From NCBI GenBank assembly GCA_963674705.1, contig OY771506.1, positions 2,848,001-2,912,000 on the forward strand: a DNA stretch of 64,000 bases, in the 5' to 3' direction. Source of the DNA: Phycisphaeraceae bacterium (lineage in GTDB: Bacteria > Planctomycetota > Phycisphaerae > Phycisphaerales > Phycisphaeraceae). The notes beneath the pieces are model-generated. The model was not told where the DNA came from. It saw nothing but the letters and a program-made list of their open reading frames with translations, and searched no databases. A program made the position numbers and the translations under genes. Positions 40,334 through 49,952 of this stretch are shown in pieces (the first letter of the stretch is position 1; every line of letters begins with the position of its first letter).

Positions 40334-41983
40334 ATGTTCAGTTCACGCCGGGTGGTTGTTCTGTTTGCCTGTATCCCGCACCTACTCATATCCGCATTGG
40401 CGCCCAGCGCATCGGCCGAAGTGTCTTACAGGTCGGTGGCAGTTACCGGTACGCAAGCGTCGGATACAGATCTGGATACTGAGTACATTTTTTTTCTCTG
40501 GAATCCAGTCATTAATGATTATGGGAAAGTCGCTTTTCACGCTTTTCTCACCGGACCCAATGTAAGTGCCGCAAATAATAACGGCATTTGGCTTTCATCA
40601 TCGGATCATACAAGCTTAGCGGTTCGTGCCGGAGACCAGGCTATTCCTCTCAATTCTGACGTCGTCTTTAGTGGGGTCGGCGCACCGAATATTAATTCAT
40701 CTGGTGATATCGCATTCATCGGATCACTAAACGGTTCCGGGGTATCGCCATCAAATGACTCGGGTATCTGGGTTCAGGATTCAAGTGCTACACGGTTGGT
40801 TGCTCGGGAAGGAGGTTTAATCCCCGGGACCACATCAAGTGAGGTGTTTACATCATTCAGTTCATTAGTCTTCAATAATGATGCAAAGACTGCATTTATT
40901 GCTGATTCTCAGGTCCCCGGAGATCTTTCCACTTCCAGGCAGGGCATTTGGTCAGAGGGTTCCGATGCGTTGAAAGCGGTTGCGGTACAGGGACAGTTGC
41001 CGCCCGGCGTTGTTAATGGTGTGGAATATACCTCACTAAGCGGATTGGTTATGAATGACCAAGGACAGACCGCTTTTCATAGTCAATTGTTATATCCGCC
41101 TGCATTAGATAATTACGGCCAAGGTGTCTGGTCCGAGGGCACTGGAAGTTTATCACTGGTTGCATTAAGGGGAGAAGTTGCTGATATACATGAACCGGGT
41201 AATGTCATTCTCGGGCTAAGCCAGCCCGTGATCAATAACGCCGGTGATACGGCTTTTGCCGTTGTTATCGATAGGCCTCAGTTGAGCGATAGTGGGATCT
41301 TGCTTTATGACGGTGATGCTGTAGACACTATCGTGCAAAGCGGTGACTACGTCCAGGACAGTGAATATGGAATCAAGTTTGGTCAGATTCTGGCTGAACT
41401 TCAATACTCGAATGTGGTGATCAATGCGAGCGGTCAAACGGCATTTTTCGCCACGACAGCATATAGTCGGCATGGGAGCTTGACCGGTATTTGGAGAGAA
41501 GATCACGGGGTGATTAAATCAATCGCATCTGTGAGTGATGATGCACCAGGCGCGTCATACCGAGAGAAGTTCGGCTTTCATTTTGGCCCATCTTCTGACT
41601 ACTACCCCGTCATCAACGCGAGTGGACAGGTTGCTTTCATGGCCCAGGCACTTGACCCTGATCGGCCTGATCAAGCGCGCGATGGGTTATGGGCAACCAA
41701 CACAGATGATGAGCTTGAATTGATCGCTTTGGTGGGTGAACTATTTGATGTCAATGATGATCCTTTGATTGAGGATTGGCGCATCATCAGCTCGGTTGAC
41801 TTCGCCAACGGATCCGGAGGTGAAGACGGGCTCCCCAATTCATTCAATGATGCCGGTCAACTTGTGTTCAAGCTCGGTTTTTCTGATGGCAGTTCGGGGA
41901 TCTTTGTCGCAACCGTGCCTGAACCCGCCACAGCCTGTATATTGGCAATTAGTGCTGTAAATCTATTGCGACCTAGGCGCTGA
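40334..41983 (+). CDS. PEP-CTERM protein with NxxGxxAF tandem repeats
   Basis: Repeated INxxGxxAF...GIW units; VPEP tail; visibly lower GC. Confidence 0.85.
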   Translation: MFSSRRVVVLFACIPHLLISALAPSASAEVSYRSVAVTGTQASDTDLDTEYIFFLWNPVINDYGKVAFHAFLTGPNVSAANNNGIWLSSSDHTSLAVRAGDQAIPLNSDVVFSGVGAPNINSSGDIAFIGSLNGSGVSPSNDSGIWVQDSSATRLVAREGGLIPGTTSSEVFTSFSSLVFNNDAKTAFIADSQVPGDLSTSRQGIWSEGSDALKAVAVQGQLPPGVVNGVEYTSLSGLVMNDQGQTAFHSQLLYPPALDNYGQGVWSEGTGSLSLVALRGEVADIHEPGNVILGLSQPVINNAGDTAFAVVIDRPQLSDSGILLYDGDAVDTIVQSGDYVQDSEYGIKFGQILAELQYSNVVINASGQTAFFATTAYSRHGSLTGIWREDHGVIKSIASVSDDAPGASYREKFGFHFGPSSDYYPVINASGQVAFMAQALDPDRPDQARDGLWATNTDDELELIALVGELFDVNDDPLIEDWRIISSVDFANGSGGEDGLPNSFNDAGQLVFKLGFSDGSSGIFVATVPEPATACILAISAVNLLRPRR

Positions 41984-41986
41984 TAT

Positions 41987-42838
41987 TTGTACGAAGATAA
42001 AAAGAATATTGACGCAAACTCAGGCCCCATCGCCACCAACCGCCTCATGTGGGACGACCGTGTCGAAGCGCACTGGAAGTCCGCGATGTATCGCGCGGAT
42101 GCGGACGCTTTGCGTGGTGGGGGACATTGCCTTTACCCGCATGTCGTCGAAGCGGTGGGGGGTGTGGCGGGCAAGTCGCTGCTTCAACTGCAATGCCACA
42201 TGGGTATGGAAACGCTTTCGTGGGCGCAGCTCGGCGCGGATGTTGTAGGGCTCGACTTCTCGCAACCTGCGATCGATAAAGCCAAACTGCTGCGCGATGA
42301 ACTCGCTCTTAATGCTGAATTCATCTGTGCCAATTTTTACGATGCGCCGAAGGTCATCAACAAACAATTCGACATCGTCTTCCAATCCATCGGCTGCCTC
42401 TGCTGGCTGCCGGACCTTGAAGGCTGGGCGAAAGTCATCGCCGCAATGCTCAACGAAGGTGGCCGGTATATCCTCAACGAATGTCACCCATTCTCCGATG
42501 TGCTCGAACAACGTACCGGGGCTGAAGGCACATCACATCTTCAAGCGGTGAATCCCTATCTCGGCAACGAACCCATCGAATTCAACGATGGCGGCACCTA
42601 CGCCGACCCGCACGCGACATTCACCCACAACCGCAGCATCGAACACATCCACCCCCTCGGCGACATCATTACAAACCTCATCGAAGCCGGCCTGACCCTC
42701 GACCGCGTCAGCGAGTCCGACTTCTGTCCCTTCCCCCGCTACGCCATGATGCAGCAAACCCGCCCGTTCCAATGGGAACTTCCAGGAACCCTGCACGGCA
42801 AACTCCCCATGACCTTCACACTCACCGCCCACAAGTAA
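41987..42838 (+). CDS. Class I SAM-dependent methyltransferase
   Basis: LQLQCHMG, VGLDFS, FDIVF and LCWLPDL motifs. Start uncertain. Confidence 0.85.
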   Translation: MYEDKKNIDANSGPIATNRLMWDDRVEAHWKSAMYRADADALRGGGHCLYPHVVEAVGGVAGKSLLQLQCHMGMETLSWAQLGADVVGLDFSQPAIDKAKLLRDELALNAEFICANFYDAPKVINKQFDIVFQSIGCLCWLPDLEGWAKVIAAMLNEGGRYILNECHPFSDVLEQRTGAEGTSHLQAVNPYLGNEPIEFNDGGTYADPHATFTHNRSIEHIHPLGDIITNLIEAGLTLDRVSESDFCPFPRYAMMQQTRPFQWELPGTLHGKLPMTFTLTAHK

Positions 42839-42839
42839 C

Positions 42840-43035
42840 CCCATATAGCCCGGCCATTCTGGTCGGGTTCTTCATGTAAAGCCGCGACCAGTGGTCGCGC
42901 TTGCTTGAATTCGTTACGTAATCAACCCGGCCCTCACGCCAACCCTCTCCCGCGGGGAGAGGGGGTGAATGCTGTGGCACCGCAGATATTCAACGTGAAG
43001 AGCCCATATAGCCCGACCATCCTGGTCGGGTTCTT
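42840..43035. repeat. Cluster of REP-like palindromes bounded by a 33-bp direct repeat
   Basis: cccatatagcccgRccatYctggtcgggttctt at 42840 and 43003; internal cgcgacca-g-tggtcgcg and ccctcacgccaaccctctcccgcggggagaggg. Confidence 0.75.
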
Positions 43036-43212
43036 GCCATGTCTGGTTTTGCTGGAATCCGTACCATACAACGGTCCGATAATATTCAATTCAACACTGC
43101 ATATTCACACAATTTCTTCGCCATTCTCAACCCCATCCTTATTAACGCACACCCGCTCGCTTTGACGATATGTCAAATTACCGGCCCCTCGTGGGTGGGT
43201 GTTGTTGTGGCT

Positions 43213-43247
43213 GATAGCCATGAGCCATTAGCCGTTAGCCATTAGCA
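43213..43247. repeat. Heptamer tandem repeat (attagcc-type)
   Basis: gatagcc atgagcc attagcc gttagcc attagca. Confidence 0.75.
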
Positions 43248-43266
43248 CAGATAAGTAACTATATAG

Positions 43267-43608
43267 ATGAGTACACAAACACACACGACTAGCGACCAAT
43301 CACTCGCCACCAGCCACCAATCACCAGTCACCACACCCCAGCCCGTCATCAACCGCCGGCTGGTCATCCCGCCTAAGCGGTTCAAGGTCGGCGAGCTGGT
43401 CAACGCGACCGGGCTAAGCCGGCAGACGCTGCACAACTACACCAAGTGGGGCTTGATCGGTGAGGCCGGCTGGACCAAGGGCGGGCATCGGCTGTACGAC
43501 GAATCTGTCTTCGCCCGGCTCGAACGCATCATGGTGCTCAAATCCCAGCGCACCATGGATCAGGTCCGCGAGATCCTTGAACTTGAAGACAAGGAGCAGG
43601 CGGCGTAA
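43267..43608 (+). CDS. MerR-family HTH regulator (HTH domain only)
   Basis: FKVGELVNATGLSRQTLHNYTKWGLI...TKGGHRLY. Confidence 0.88.
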   Translation: MSTQTHTTSDQSLATSHQSPVTTPQPVINRRLVIPPKRFKVGELVNATGLSRQTLHNYTKWGLIGEAGWTKGGHRLYDESVFARLERIMVLKSQRTMDQVREILELEDKEQAA

Positions 43609-43610
43609 CC

Positions 43611-46169
43611 ATGGCCGAAGCCCCTCCGACCCAACCCGACGCCCGGCCGCCAGGCGACCCGGATACGCCGGATATGTCGCGCGCTGATGCAGGCAATGAA
43701 GAACTGCGCTGGTCGCAGGTCTGGCAGTTGCCCATGCTCCTGTTCGGCATGGGCCTGCTGGTGATCGGCGTTTTCATGGCCATGCCCTCGCAGGACCCGA
43801 ACGAATTCCATGGCCGACTCGCCAACGCGGATACCTTGATCCAGAAAGAAAAGTTGGATGAAGCCGAAACGGTTCTTGAAGAAGTCAAGGAAAGGATCGC
43901 CGAGGCCCCGGATGTTGAGCAGGGCTACTTCTGGCAGCTTTACGCCGACCTGAACTTCGAGAAACTTCATAAAACAGACATAACCCTCGATGCCGCCACG
44001 CCCATCAATGAACGCATCGTTGAATACTACGGGAAAGCCCAATTAAAAGGCCGGGAATTGCCCGGACTTTCCAGGGTTCATCACGTTGATTCGCTGGTCG
44101 CGTTGGGTAAAGACAAGCAGGCGCTGGCGATCCTCGATCAGATGACCGGTTCGGAAAGGGTGTATCGTCACCAGATCCTCCGCAGGATGATCGAACGCCG
44201 TCGTGCTGACAGCCCGAAGATCGATCAGGCAGTGCTGGATCAGATATCCCCATTGATGGATCGGTTCCGCAACGACATCGAAACTTTGCCGGACAAATCA
44301 CTCGCTCGCAAGCAAGAGATATGGGCGGACAGCTTCCAGGCATCATTGATGTTGCAGGCCGATCACCCGCAGGCCGCGATCAACTATCTGTTGCGGCGCA
44401 TCCAACGCCTTGCGGCCCGTGGTGGCGATGATGATCTTGCCCCGTTGAGTATCAAGCTCGCTCAGGCCTACCAGGCGGTTGAAGATGTCGAAAACGCTCA
44501 GCAGCTCTACCTGCATGCCCAGCAAAGCCTCAACCCCACCGACGAACTCAACGCGGATATCCTTGTCGGCCTCGGGCAACTCTCGTTAGCACAATCCAAC
44601 GGCCAGAACATCCAGCAGGCGCTGGAATTCTTCCGCGAGGCCGAGGAAGGTTACCCCTCCTACGCTGATGCACACATCGCCGCACTCGTCGGCCGGGCCA
44701 CCTGTGAAGCGCATCTGAACGATCATGCAGCAGCCGTCCGCTACTTCGAGCTGGCTGTGCGTGAAATGATCGAACGCACCCGCGCCTGGGACCCGCGCCG
44801 CCAAGAAGCCAACATCGCTATCCGCACCCAGTATGAACGCGCCGTCGATCTGGACGACTACGACCGTGCCAAGGATTATCTGGATGTACTGGCCGTGCTG
44901 GAAGGGGATAATCCTTCGCCGCTGCTTTTGCTGGACCTTGCGGTGACGTGCCAGAAGATTGGTGACCTTCGTCTTGCCGAAGCACAGCACAGCGCCGAGC
45001 GTGCCCCGGGTCAACCCCAGCTAACTCAGGAAGCTCGCCGTTTGGCGAATCAGCAGGCCGCCTCCTACTACGCCAAGGCCGCGGAATATTACGAGCAACA
45101 CGCCGACCTTGTCACCATCCAGGACAATGAACTGCACGGCCAAAGCCTCTGGAACGCCGCCGTCAACTACGACCGTGCCCAGCTCTGGCCTCAGGCGATC
45201 CGCGTCTACGATGAATTCATCCGCACACGCGATGGCGACCCCAAACGCCTGCGTGCGATCCGCAATATCGCCCAGGCATACATGGCCAATGGGCAGTACC
45301 TCCCGGCACTCGAGAAGTTCCAAACACTTGTCGAAGAATATCCACGCAGCCCCGAAACCTACAGCAGCCTCGTCCCCATGGCCCGCTGTCTTGATGAGCT
45401 TGGCAAGACACAGGAAGCGATCGACAAACTCACCATCGTGATCGACGATCATGAAGCGATCACACCCGACAGCGGCGAGTACCAGCAGGCGCTGATTAAC
45501 CTGTGCAAAATCTACCACAGGCTGGGTGATGAAGACCCCGTTCAGTATGTCCGCGCGATCGAACTGTTGACCGAAGCGGTGCAACGCTACGGCGACACGC
45601 CAGACGGCCCGGTCCTCCGCTACCTGCTGGCCGACTCGAACCGCCGCAGCGTGCCCGGCATCGAAAAGCAGATCGCAACTACGCAATCCCATGCAACCCA
45701 GCTTGAATTGCAGGATGAACGCAAAGACCGCCTAAGCCAGGCGCAGGTCCTCTACAACCAGGCGATCAGTGGCCTGGAAGCCAAACGCAACAACGGCGAG
45801 ATACTCACCCCGGTCGAAGACATCTACCTGCGAAACGCCTACTTCTACCAGGCCGACTGTGCCTATGACCTTGGCATCTACGCCCAGGCGATCCAGCTCT
45901 ACAACACCGCCGCCAATAATTACGCCAACGACCCGGCGTCCCTGATCGCCCGGGTCCAGATTGTCAACGCCCATTGCGAGTTGGGCCAGTTCCAGCAGGC
46001 ACGCGTCGCCAACGACATGGCCCGTCGCCAACTGGAGCGCATCCCCGACTCGGCGTTTGATGATGAGAACCTGCCCATGAAGCGAGAACACTGGGAAAAT
46101 TGGCTCCGCTGGACCAGTCAGCGAAACCTGTTCAACAGCCAGGCCAGCGCCGACGGGGTTGGCGGGTAA
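43611..46169 (+). CDS. Large membrane-anchored TPR protein
   Basis: Single N-terminal TM (WQLPMLLFGMGLLVIGVF); many TPR-like helices. Confidence 0.8.
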   Translation: MAEAPPTQPDARPPGDPDTPDMSRADAGNEELRWSQVWQLPMLLFGMGLLVIGVFMAMPSQDPNEFHGRLANADTLIQKEKLDEAETVLEEVKERIAEAPDVEQGYFWQLYADLNFEKLHKTDITLDAATPINERIVEYYGKAQLKGRELPGLSRVHHVDSLVALGKDKQALAILDQMTGSERVYRHQILRRMIERRRADSPKIDQAVLDQISPLMDRFRNDIETLPDKSLARKQEIWADSFQASLMLQADHPQAAINYLLRRIQRLAARGGDDDLAPLSIKLAQAYQAVEDVENAQQLYLHAQQSLNPTDELNADILVGLGQLSLAQSNGQNIQQALEFFREAEEGYPSYADAHIAALVGRATCEAHLNDHAAAVRYFELAVREMIERTRAWDPRRQEANIAIRTQYERAVDLDDYDRAKDYLDVLAVLEGDNPSPLLLLDLAVTCQKIGDLRLAEAQHSAERAPGQPQLTQEARRLANQQAASYYAKAAEYYEQHADLVTIQDNELHGQSLWNAAVNYDRAQLWPQAIRVYDEFIRTRDGDPKRLRAIRNIAQAYMANGQYLPALEKFQTLVEEYPRSPETYSSLVPMARCLDELGKTQEAIDKLTIVIDDHEAITPDSGEYQQALINLCKIYHRLGDEDPVQYVRAIELLTEAVQRYGDTPDGPVLRYLLADSNRRSVPGIEKQIATTQSHATQLELQDERKDRLSQAQVLYNQAISGLEAKRNNGEILTPVEDIYLRNAYFYQADCAYDLGIYAQAIQLYNTAANNYANDPASLIARVQIVNAHCELGQFQQARVANDMARRQLERIPDSAFDDENLPMKREHWENWLRWTSQRNLFNSQASADGVGG

Positions 46170-46336
46170 GGTAGGTTTGCATGTCGCCGGGCGGGTGACA
46201 GGCTTTTTTTGCCCGGATCGCCGAAGTTGACCCGGTAAGATTTGCGCTATCGGCCCCGAATTGCCGATAGCACGTATGCCAGGGCAGGATGCCCGGCGGC
46301 CGCGGCACCGAGCCGTTACCAAAAGAGAGGTCATGG

Positions 46337-46813
46337 ATGACCGTCATGATGAAAGACACCCCGTTTCAGCAGGTCTCGAACATGCTGAGCCTTCTAAACG
46401 GCCAGCGTGATCTTTACCACCAACTCAAAGCCCTCAGCGAGCAGCAGACCCGCTGTATCCGCGAAGGTTCCACCGAACAACTTCTCTCCGTTCTCTCCGA
46501 ACGGCAGGCGGTGATCGAAGCGTTATCCCGTTCCAACGCCGAACTCGCGCCATACCGCGACAAGTGGGGTGAACTGACCGCCACCGCTGATCCACGACAG
46601 CGTCAACAGGTCCGCGAAACACTCGACGAAATCGAGCGCGTGCTCAAGGAAGTCGTCGAGCAAGACGAGCGCGATCGGGTCGAACTGAAAGGCGCTCAGC
46701 AGCAGATCGGCGCCCAGTTGACGCAGGTTAATAAAGCCGGCCGGGCGATCAGTGCCTACGGCCCACCCCAAACCAGGCCTCACGTGCCAACCTTCACCGA
46801 CAAGCAAGGCTAA
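46337..46813 (+). CDS. flgN: FlgN-like flagellar export chaperone
   Basis: Helical pattern LY.QL..LS..Q...I......LLSVL.ERQ..I..L; ends AY; flagellar context. Confidence 0.6.
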   Translation: MTVMMKDTPFQQVSNMLSLLNGQRDLYHQLKALSEQQTRCIREGSTEQLLSVLSERQAVIEALSRSNAELAPYRDKWGELTATADPRQRQQVRETLDEIERVLKEVVEQDERDRVELKGAQQQIGAQLTQVNKAGRAISAYGPPQTRPHVPTFTDKQG

Positions 46814-46824
46814 CCCGGATCAAT

Positions 46825-47751
46825 ATGAGTATGACCTCGCAAACTCAGCAATCCGTTCCTGCTGCTCAAGGCGTCGATGACCTGGCGGAAATCATCCGCG
46901 CCTACAACCAGGTCACCGATAAACTCCAGCGCAGTCACGAGGCGCTTCAGTCGGAAGTCGTTCGGCTCCGTCAGGAGCTGGCGTCGGCTGATGCTCAACT
47001 GCAACGGTCCAAACGCCTCTCTGCGCTCGGCGAAATGGCCGCCGGCATCGCCCACGAAGTCCGCAACCCGCTGGCTGCGATCCAGCTTTACGCCTCTATG
47101 ATTGTCCAGGACCTTAAAGAAGTTGGCTCCGACGTCAAAGAACCGCTGCGTTGTGCGACTGAAATCGCCTCTGCCGTCCGCGGACTCGACGGCATCGTCG
47201 GCGACGTCCTGAGTTTCGCCCGTGAGGTCGAGCCCAAGCCGTCACCTCTGATCGTCAGCGAAGTCTTCGACCGCGTGCTTGCCACGCACCGTCCTGCCAT
47301 CGAGGCGGCCGAAGTCACCGTCAGACGTATCTATTTAAAGAAGGCCGATCTGGTCGTCTTGGCTGATCCCGAACTGTTGCACCGGGCGCTACTGAACCTT
47401 GTGCGCAACGCCGTCGAAGCCATGAGCCAGACCGACCTGCCTCGCAAACTCACGCTCGATGCCTGTGAGAGTGACGACGGCCTGAGCCTCAGCGTCCGTG
47501 ACACCGGGCCCGGCATCGATCGCGAAACGGTCGACCGGCTTTTCAACCCATTCTTCACCACACGCGCCACAGGCACGGGCCTCGGCCTCGCCATCGTCCA
47601 CCGCATCGTCGATGCGCACAGCGGGTCCATCAGTGTCACCGACAACCACGAAGCCGGCCGCGGCGCAGCCTTCGATCTGTGCCTGCCTATATACAAAATT
47701 ACCCCTGCTGATCCTTCTGACGACACCGTTTTTGCCGGAGCATGTGCATGA
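46825..47751 (+). CDS. Cytoplasmic sensor histidine kinase (FlrB/FleS/FlgS-like)
   Basis: H-box AHEVRNPL; N, G1 (DTGPG), F (FNPFFTT) and G2 (GTGLGL) boxes; no TM. Confidence 0.92.
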   Translation: MSMTSQTQQSVPAAQGVDDLAEIIRAYNQVTDKLQRSHEALQSEVVRLRQELASADAQLQRSKRLSALGEMAAGIAHEVRNPLAAIQLYASMIVQDLKEVGSDVKEPLRCATEIASAVRGLDGIVGDVLSFAREVEPKPSPLIVSEVFDRVLATHRPAIEAAEVTVRRIYLKKADLVVLADPELLHRALLNLVRNAVEAMSQTDLPRKLTLDACESDDGLSLSVRDTGPGIDRETVDRLFNPFFTTRATGTGLGLAIVHRIVDAHSGSISVTDNHEAGRGAAFDLCLPIYKITPADPSDDTVFAGACA

Positions 47752-49193
47752 GCAACAAGGTCCTTGTTGTCGATGATAAACAGATGATGCGCGATAGCGT
47801 TGGTTCAACGCTGCAACGCGCGGGTTACAGTGTGGTCGCCGCGTCGGATGGCGGCTCCGCGCTGAGCATGGTCGCCAAGCACCGGCCCGCCGCCGTCATC
47901 ACCGACCTGAAAATGCCAGAGATGGACGGCCTGGAACTGCTCAGCCGTCTCCGTCAGGCCGACGATCAACTGCCCGTCGTATTGATGACCGCCTATGGCA
48001 GCGTCAACGACGCCGTCGCCGCGATGAAAAAGGGCGCGTTCGACTTCATCCAGAAGCCGTTCGAAGGTGATCAACTCGTCATGGTCATGCGTCGTGCGGT
48101 TGAACACAGCCGGCTCCTGCGTGAAAACGCGGCGCTACGCACCGTCACAGTCCCGCAGGGCGACACCCCCGTGCTTGTCGGCAAAAGCCCGGCCATGCGG
48201 CAACTCGCCCAGCAGATCCATCAGATCGCCAACTCCAACGGCACCGTCCTGATCTGCGGTGAATCCGGCACCGGTAAAGAAGTCGTCTCCCGCACGATCC
48301 ACGCCCACAGCACGCGCCGCAGCAGCATCATGCTTGCCGTCAACTGTGCCGCACTCTCCAGCAGCCTGCTCGAAAGCGAACTCTTCGGCCACGAGAAGGG
48401 GGCCTTCACCGGTGCCGATCAGATGCGCAAAGGCCGTTTTGAGCTTGCCGACGGCGGAACACTCCTGCTTGATGAAATCAGCGAGATCGGCCCCGAGCTT
48501 CAGGCCAAACTCCTGCGCGTCTTGCAGGAACAGAGCTTCGAGCGCGTCGGTTCCAGCCTCACTATGAAAATCGATGTGCGTGTCATCGCGACGACCAACC
48601 GCGACCTCACCGCCGCCGTCGCCGCCGGCGACTTCCGCCAGGACCTGTACTACCGCTTGAACGTCCTGCCTGTTGTCCTGCCGCCGCTTCGCGTGCGTAC
48701 CGATGACATCCCGCTTCTGGTCGACCACTTCCTTATGCAGCTTGCCATGCGTGACGGCCGTGATCCCAAGAAGTTCGACGCCGAATCAATGATATTGATG
48801 CAGCAGTACACCTGGCCCGGCAACGTCCGCGAACTGCAAAACATCTGCGAACGCGCAAGCGTTCTCAGCCGCAGCCAGGTCATCAAGGCGGGTCTCATCC
48901 AGCCATGGTTGTCCAGCCCCGAGCCGACCGTGTCCATCCAGCCCGCCCCGGCCATCGGCGCCGTTGCTCAAGCAACCAAAACCTCCATTCAACACACCAT
49001 GCAGACCGCGCCGACCCCGCCCGGAACCATACGCAGCCTCGAAGAAATCGAACGCGAACAGATCGTCCAGACGCTCGGTTACTTCTCAGGCAACCGCATG
49101 CGGACCGCCAAGGCCCTTGGCATCGGCGTGCGTACCCTCGGTCTCAAACTCAAGAAGTGGAAGGAGATGAACCTCGTTGCTCAGTCGATCTGA
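47748..49193 (+). CDS. Sigma54-dependent response regulator (REC-AAA+-Fis HTH; FlrC/FleR-like)
   Basis: Receiver domain; GESGTGKE, GAFTGA, LLDEI, WPGNVREL motifs; C-terminal HTH; ATGA overlap with the kinase. Confidence 0.95.
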   Translation: MSNKVLVVDDKQMMRDSVGSTLQRAGYSVVAASDGGSALSMVAKHRPAAVITDLKMPEMDGLELLSRLRQADDQLPVVLMTAYGSVNDAVAAMKKGAFDFIQKPFEGDQLVMVMRRAVEHSRLLRENAALRTVTVPQGDTPVLVGKSPAMRQLAQQIHQIANSNGTVLICGESGTGKEVVSRTIHAHSTRRSSIMLAVNCAALSSSLLESELFGHEKGAFTGADQMRKGRFELADGGTLLLDEISEIGPELQAKLLRVLQEQSFERVGSSLTMKIDVRVIATTNRDLTAAVAAGDFRQDLYYRLNVLPVVLPPLRVRTDDIPLLVDHFLMQLAMRDGRDPKKFDAESMILMQQYTWPGNVRELQNICERASVLSRSQVIKAGLIQPWLSSPEPTVSIQPAPAIGAVAQATKTSIQHTMQTAPTPPGTIRSLEEIEREQIVQTLGYFSGNRMRTAKALGIGVRTLGLKLKKWKEMNLVAQSI

Positions 49194-49205
49194 CAACATG
49201 ATGTC

Positions 49206-49264
49206 GCGCAAAACAAAACCGCGATCGCGCAACGCCTGCGCTGTCGATGCGCAAATGCTGCGCA
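49206..49264. promoter_or_regulatory. Putative enhancer (UAS) sites for the sigma54 activator
   Basis: gcgcaa repeated at ~21-22 bp spacing; palindromes gcgca-N5-tgcgc and tgcgca-N5-tgcgca. Confidence 0.5.
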
Positions 49265-49314
49265 GTCATTGCGATCCTTCCTCCATCTGCCGCACGCAAT
49301 CCACCATCCACTAC

Positions 49315-49329
49315 TGGAACATGGATTGC
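49315..49329 (+). promoter_or_regulatory. Sigma54 (-24/-12) promoter of the flgB operon
   Basis: TGGAAC-ATGGA-TTGC (GG-N10-GC), about 57 nt upstream of flgB. Confidence 0.75.
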
Positions 49330-49385
49330 TACAAGATTCACGTAGCGCCCGGTGTGCGGGTGTCCTGTGTTGTGGAGGACGGGCG

Positions 49386-49826
49386 ATGATCAGCAAGCTC
49401 TTTACAAACGGTTCCATGCAGGCCGTCGAAAAGCTCGTTGACTTCACCAGCGCGCGGCACAAGGTCCTGACCAACAACATCGCCAACTTCGAGACGCCGT
49501 TCTATCGCAGCCGCGACCTCGATCCCGTCGCATTCCAGGCAAACCTCCGAGACGCGATCGAAGACCGCCGCAAAGTACTCGGCGGCACGACCTACGGTCG
49601 GCTCGAACTCGACGACACCGACCAGGCCCGCTACCGCGATGATGGCACCGCGATGTTTATGCCCGGCTTCGACGACACCGGCATCATGTTCCACGACCGA
49701 ACCAACGCCGACATCGAACGCACGATGCAGCACCTGGCCGAAAACACCATGGCCCACAACGCCGGCCTCGAAATGCTGAAAAACCAGTTTGAACTGTTGA
49801 AAACCGCGATAAGAGGCAGGGTGTAA
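49386..49826 (+). CDS. flgB: Flagellar basal-body rod protein FlgB
   Basis: RHKVLTNNIANFETPFYRSRDL and DIERTMQHLAEN; first gene of the operon. Confidence 0.9.
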   Translation: MISKLFTNGSMQAVEKLVDFTSARHKVLTNNIANFETPFYRSRDLDPVAFQANLRDAIEDRRKVLGGTTYGRLELDDTDQARYRDDGTAMFMPGFDDTGIMFHDRTNADIERTMQHLAENTMAHNAGLEMLKNQFELLKTAIRGRV

Positions 49827-49828
49827 GC

Positions 49829-49925
49829 AAAGCCAATAGCTTTTAGCCGTTAGCCATTAGCACGGACATAAAAGACGACAGCAGATTGAACATTAGAGAT
49901 TAAACATCAGAAATTAGAGATCAAA
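49829..49925. repeat. Two adjacent heptamer repeat tracts
   Basis: aatagct tttagcc gttagcc attagca, then gattgaa cattaga gattaaa catcaga aattaga gatcaaa. Confidence 0.7.
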
Positions 49926-49952
49926 AACCCCCAAACCCTAGACCCCACCAAC

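Noticed and set aside
46245..46270. GCCGATAG sigma28-like -10 before the flgN-like gene
   Set aside because: No -35 at correct spacing; it is one arm of an inverted repeat (gctatcggc…gccgatagc) of unknown role.
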